Positions 47,021 to 50,680 of a DNA stretch of 50,680 nt are shown in pieces; position 1 is the stretch's first letter; every line of letters starts with the position of its first letter. Source of the stretch: Gemmatimonadota bacterium. GTDB lineage: Bacteria; Gemmatimonadota; Gemmatimonadetes; Gemmatimonadales; Gemmatimonadaceae. The notes below the pieces were generated by a model. The model was not told where the DNA came from, made no database searches, and saw only the letters and a program-made list of their open reading frames with translations. The translations under genes and the position numbers were made by a program. The stretch is from positions 1 through 50,680 of the forward strand of contig JAGWRI010000097.1 in assembly GCA_028876525.1 (NCBI GenBank). The letters run 5' to 3'.

Positions 47021-47050
47021 GAGGGGCGCCGTTAGCCGATCGCGCCCCTC
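47021..47050 (-). terminator. 9-bp GC-rich hairpin at the 3' end of the kinase gene, 25 nt upstream of the sucA start (terminator/attenuator candidate)
   Basis: Minus-strand RNA reads GAGGGGCGC-gaucggcuaacg-GCGCCCCUC (47050-47021). An alternative 5-bp hairpin (47015-47027) shares the GGGGC/GCCCC arm. No U-tract. Confidence 0.3.
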
Positions 47051-48674
47051 AACCCGGCGGCTCCGGCGGCAGCACGAGGGTGAACGTCGAGCCTCTGCCC
47101 GGCGTCGAGTCCACCTCGATCCGGCCGCCGAGCATCGCGGCCAGCCGCCGCGAGATGTAGAGGCCCAGCCCGGTGCCCCCGTACCGCCGGGTCGGCCCCG
47201 CCTCGAGCTGCGCGAACGGCTGGAACAGCCGCTCCAGGTCCTGCGCCGAGATCCCGATCCCCGTGTCCCGCACGCCGAACCGGACCTCGTCGCCCGACCG
47301 CTGCACGGAGAGCCGCACCTCGCCTGCGTCGGTGAACTTCACCGCGTTGCCCGCCAGGTTCACGAGGATCTGCCTCGCCTTGTCCACGTCGCTCGTGAGG
47401 CGGATCGCCTCGACAGCCGACTCGGTGATCACGGCGATCTGCTTGCGGCGGGCCTGCGGTTCGGTCACCGCCGCCGCCGCGACCACCAGGTCGCCGGCCA
47501 GGAATTCCGTCGGCCGCACCACTTCGCGCCCCTGCTCGAGGCTCGTGTACGCCAGCACCTCCTCGATCATGGACGCCAGGTGCTCGGTCACCGCGCGCAT
47601 GCGCGCCAGCACGTCGAGCTGCGCGTCGGAGAGCGGCCCGATCACCTGGTCGCTGAGCAGTTCCTCGTAGCCGGTGAGCGCCGTGAGCGGCGTGCGCAAC
47701 TCGTGCGAGATCGTGGCCAGGAACCGCCCCTTGGCCGCGTCGCCCGCCTGGGCCTGCTCGTACAGCTGCTCCTTCCACATCGCCAACGCGGCGTGGTCCG
47801 CGATCACCCGCAGCCGCTGAGCCTCGCGCGCGTTGAACGGGATCGAGCGCGCGTCGCGCATCACGGCCAGCGTGCCGAGCACCCGGTCGTGCGCGATCAG
47901 CGGCGCCATGAGCAGCGGGCCGACCCGCGGGTCGGCGAGGATCCCCGCCTGCGAGCTCCCGGAGTGGGGAAAGTCGTCCACCATCGCCACGTCGCGCGTC
48001 GCGATCGCCTGCTGCGCCATCGTGCCGGCCAGCGAGAAGCGCAGGCCGCCGATCTGCGTCGCGATCCCCACCGCGGCCACGATCTCGGCCTCGGTTTCGG
48101 TCGTGCGCAGCACCGCCGCTCCGTGCCCGCGGCACAGCGCCGCGGCCGCCTCGCACAGCAGGGCCAGCAGCTCCGCCGAATCGGCGACCTCCGACATCTG
48201 CCGGGCCAGCGCGCGCAGCGATTCGTTCTCCTCGATGCGCTCCTCCAGCGCCTTGTCGCGCGCGCTGCGCAGCGTGGCAAACGCCCGCGACACCACGACC
48301 ACCAGGCTCCCCGTCCGATCGCGCGCGACCCGCACGCCGTACGCGCGCAACTCGCCGCTCACGTTGTGCTCGAGGTCGAACCGCCGCGTCGCCCCGTCGC
48401 CCAGCGTGGCCCGGATCATCGCCGCCCCCGGCTCCACCGTGAACCCCGGATACGCCGTCCAGAAGTCGGCCCCCCCCGCCGCCTCGCGCGGCGCTCCGAG
48501 AATGCGCTCCCACGACGCATTCATGTAGCGCACCCGCCAGTCGCGCCCGACCACCGCCACGGCGTCGCCCAGCGCATCCATCGCCGCGCGGGTATCGACG
48601 CCGTCGTCCACCGCCCCCGCGCCGTAGTCGGCGGCGCGCGGCGGCGTGTCGAGAAACTCGCTCGAGGGGCTCAC
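47049..48674 (-). CDS. cytoplasmic PAS + GAF sensor histidine kinase; start uncertain
   Basis: ORF open from TTG at 48710. GTG at 48674 or the ATG of MDALGDAVAVVG are alternatives. PAS (VVGRDWRVRYMNASWERILG), GAF-like middle, H-box ISHELRTPLTAL, N-box NLAGNAVKFT, G-boxes DTGIGI / GTGLGLYISR. Confidence 0.85.
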   Translation of the reverse strand: MSPSSEFLDTPPRAADYGAGAVDDGVDTRAAMDALGDAVAVVGRDWRVRYMNASWERILGAPREAAGGADFWTAYPGFTVEPGAAMIRATLGDGATRRFDLEHNVSGELRAYGVRVARDRTGSLVVVVSRAFATLRSARDKALEERIEENESLRALARQMSEVADSAELLALLCEAAAALCRGHGAAVLRTTETEAEIVAAVGIATQIGGLRFSLAGTMAQQAIATRDVAMVDDFPHSGSSQAGILADPRVGPLLMAPLIAHDRVLGTLAVMRDARSIPFNAREAQRLRVIADHAALAMWKEQLYEQAQAGDAAKGRFLATISHELRTPLTALTGYEELLSDQVIGPLSDAQLDVLARMRAVTEHLASMIEEVLAYTSLEQGREVVRPTEFLAGDLVVAAAAVTEPQARRKQIAVITESAVEAIRLTSDVDKARQILVNLAGNAVKFTDAGEVRLSVQRSGDEVRFGVRDTGIGISAQDLERLFQPFAQLEAGPTRRYGGTGLGLYISRRLAAMLGGRIEVDSTPGRGSTFTLVLPPEPPG

Positions 48675-48723
48675 GGTCGAACACTGGCCGGGGCATGATC
48701 CCGGCGTCAAGCCGGAGCCGCCG

Positions 48724-50538
48724 TTACCGCCCGGCGTCGAACCCCTTCTGCACCAGTTCGGCGAACACCCCGCCCCGCGCCACCAGCTCGTCCCACGTGC
48801 CGGTCTCGGCCACGCGCCCGTCGGCCAGCACCACGATCCGGTCCGCCCGCCGCACGGTCGACAGCCGGTGCGCGATCACCAGCGTCGTCCGGCCCCGCGT
48901 CGCGGCCTCGAGCGCCGCCTGCACCAGCTCCTCCGACACCGTGTCCAGGTTCGATGTCGCCTCGTCGAGAATCAGGAACCGGGGATTGCGCACGATCGCC
49001 CGTGCAATCGACAGCCGCTGCCGCTGCCCGCCCGACAGCATCACGCCCCGCTCGCCGATCGGCGTCTCCAGGCGGTCGGGCAGCGAGTCCAGGAAGTCGT
49101 CGAGATGCGCCACGTGCAGCGCGAACTCGATCTCCTCCGGATTCGCGCCCTCGAACCCGAACGCCACGTTCGCCCCCAGCGTGTCGTTGAACAGGAACGG
49201 CTCCTGCTCCACCAGCGCCACCCCGCCGTGCCAGCTCTCGGGCGAGAACGTCCAGAAGTCGGCACCGTCCACGAGGACCGTGCCATCGCTCGGCTCCCGC
49301 ATCCGCATCAGCAGCGTCGCCAGCGTGGACTTCCCGCTCCCCGATCGCCCGACCAGCGCCACCGTGCTTCCCGCCGGAATGTCGAACGACACCTCGTGCA
49401 GCGCGTGCTTCGCCGGCAGATACCGGTACGACAGCCCGCGCACCGAGATGCCGATGCGGATCGTGTCGAGCCTCGCCGTGCCGAACGGGCGCTCCGGGAA
49501 GCCGGGCGTGTCCAGCCACCGCCCGATCTCGCGCAGGCTCCCCGCCAGGTACAGCAGGTGCGCCTGGGTGCCCGAGTAGCGGTTCACGAGCGGCACGAGC
49601 CGCAGCAGCACGAGGCCGAACGCCGTGAGCTTGGCCTGGGACATGTGCCCCGGCGCCACGAGCAGCGCGAACGATCCGATGAGCAGCACCAGCGCCGCCG
49701 CAATCGATCCCGTCTCGACCACCGGCAGGAGCACCGCCGTGCCGCGGCGGAATCGCTCGTCCGTCCGCGCCTGCGCCGCGCTCGCCGCGCCGAATCGTCC
49801 GGCCATCGCCTCCTGCGCGTGCACGGCGCGCACGACGCGCACGCCGTTGAACGCCTCCCCCGCCGCCCGCATCAGCCGCATGTTCGCGTCGGTCAGCTCC
49901 CGGCCCAGGCGCCCGAAGAAGCGGTACAGCCGCGACACCAGCGCCGCCGCCAGGACCCCCGCGGCCAGCGTCGCCACCGCGAGCGGCGCCGAGATCCAGA
50001 TCAGGGCGACGAAGAAGAGTCCCGCCGTGGCCGCCGTCTGGACCATTCCGAACAGCACCGTCATGCAGTCCATCGCCCGCCGCGTCTCCTCGACGAACAG
50101 GTTGGACAGCGCGGCCGACGAATGCTGTTCGAACACCTCCAGCGGCGCCCGCTGCAGCCGCGCGAACAGCGTCCGGCGCAGGTTCACCACGCTCTCCCGC
50201 TCGATGCGCGCCATCAGCGTCGTGTTCACGTAGCTCGACGCGTTCTTCACGGCGATCACGACCACGATCACCGCCGCGAAGATGATCGACAGATCCACCG
50301 GCGACGCCTGCGGCGCCCACCGCCCGGCCAGCCGCACCATCCGCGAGCCGCTGGACGTCGTCCCGAGCACGATGTTCAGCAGCTGCGCCAGCAGCCCGAC
50401 CCCCGCCACCTCGAGCACCGTGGTCAGCGCCATCGTCCCCGCCACGGCGGCGATGCGCCGGCGCGTGAACGGGATGAACGGACCCAGCCGGCGCAGCGCC
50501 GCGACCAGCCTCTGGATGTCCCGAACCGGATTTCGCAT
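48724..50538 (-). CDS. ABC exporter, fused 6-TM permease + ATPase (MsbA/ABCB-type)
   Basis: 604 aa, ATG at 50538. Walker A GRSGSGKST, signature LSGGQRQRLSIARA, Walker B FLILDEATSNLD, H-loop VIAHRLST. Confidence 0.92.
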   Translation of the reverse strand: MRNPVRDIQRLVAALRRLGPFIPFTRRRIAAVAGTMALTTVLEVAGVGLLAQLLNIVLGTTSSGSRMVRLAGRWAPQASPVDLSIIFAAVIVVVIAVKNASSYVNTTLMARIERESVVNLRRTLFARLQRAPLEVFEQHSSAALSNLFVEETRRAMDCMTVLFGMVQTAATAGLFFVALIWISAPLAVATLAAGVLAAALVSRLYRFFGRLGRELTDANMRLMRAAGEAFNGVRVVRAVHAQEAMAGRFGAASAAQARTDERFRRGTAVLLPVVETGSIAAALVLLIGSFALLVAPGHMSQAKLTAFGLVLLRLVPLVNRYSGTQAHLLYLAGSLREIGRWLDTPGFPERPFGTARLDTIRIGISVRGLSYRYLPAKHALHEVSFDIPAGSTVALVGRSGSGKSTLATLLMRMREPSDGTVLVDGADFWTFSPESWHGGVALVEQEPFLFNDTLGANVAFGFEGANPEEIEFALHVAHLDDFLDSLPDRLETPIGERGVMLSGGQRQRLSIARAIVRNPRFLILDEATSNLDTVSEELVQAALEAATRGRTTLVIAHRLSTVRRADRIVVLADGRVAETGTWDELVARGGVFAELVQKGFDAGR

Positions 50539-50552
50539 GAGCGTCCGCCAAG

Positions 50553-50680
50553 TTATCGCGCGGGTTCCAGGCCGACCATAGCGGCGCGCCGCGCCCGCAG
50601 CACCGGCCCGACCGCGCCCGGCGGCACCGGCGCCGCGGACGCCTCCGCCACCGCCAGCCCCGCCTCCGCCAGCTCGCGCA
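50553..50680 (-). CDS. 3' end of an unidentified gene (5' part outside the window)
   Basis: Minus-strand frame reads ...RELAEAGLAVAEASAAPVPPGAVGPVLRARRAAMVGLEPAR* with TAA at 50555-50553. Third codon positions are nearly all G/C, consistent with coding. Function unknown. Confidence 0.5.
   Translation of the reverse strand, partial: RELAEAGLAVAEASAAPVPPGAVGPVLRARRAAMVGLEPAR

Overview
Very GC-rich (roughly 70% by eye), gene-dense bacterial chromosomal segment. The protein repertoire (TolB-propeller/amidohydrolase fusion, very long secreted PIG-L protein, weak Shine-Dalgarno usage, many GTG/TTG starts) suggests Gemmatimonadota or a similar high-GC Gram-negative lineage; this is inference only. 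I can support 38 protein-coding genes, two of them cut by the window edges. I saw no rRNA, tRNA, CRISPR array, transposase, integrase or phage genes. Left to right: rho 3' end; M20 dipeptidase; secreted MBL-fold hydrolase + MarR; GT39 (ArnT/PMT-like) glycosyltransferase + membrane PHP phosphoesterase; DUF255/YyaL thioredoxin-domain protein; secreted hypothetical + OmpR-type regulator + sensor kinase; long acyl-CoA dehydrogenase + cyclase/formamidase-like hydrolase; gnd-zwf; cyclophilin lipoprotein + 1142-aa beta-propeller/amidohydrolase + RNB ribonuclease; small 4-Cys zinc-ribbon ORF; nadB-nadA-nadC; BMP-family (nucleoside-type) ABC importer; DHA1 MFS; ANTAR response regulator + PAS hybrid kinase. 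These are followed by a long minus-strand run: DHA2 MFS, NDH-2, Fe(III)-type ABC importer, 880-aa PIG-L deacetylase, sucA, PAS/GAF kinase, ABC exporter and a partial gene. Ten gene junctions use overlapping stop/start codons (ATGA, GTGA, TGATG). Almost all other long ORFs in the six-frame track are antisense or alternate-frame shadows typical of high-GC DNA. I did not find a clear-cut new system: there is no defence, toxin or mobile signature. The best candidates for something undescribed are (i) the translationally coupled PIG-L / ABC importer / NDH-2 / DHA2 string, (ii) the overlapping membrane-PHP + GT39 pair, (iii) an unannotated-looking small zinc-ribbon gene, and (iv) an operator-like repeat cluster in front of the MBL-MarR operon. 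All functional links are hypotheses that need database and experimental checks.
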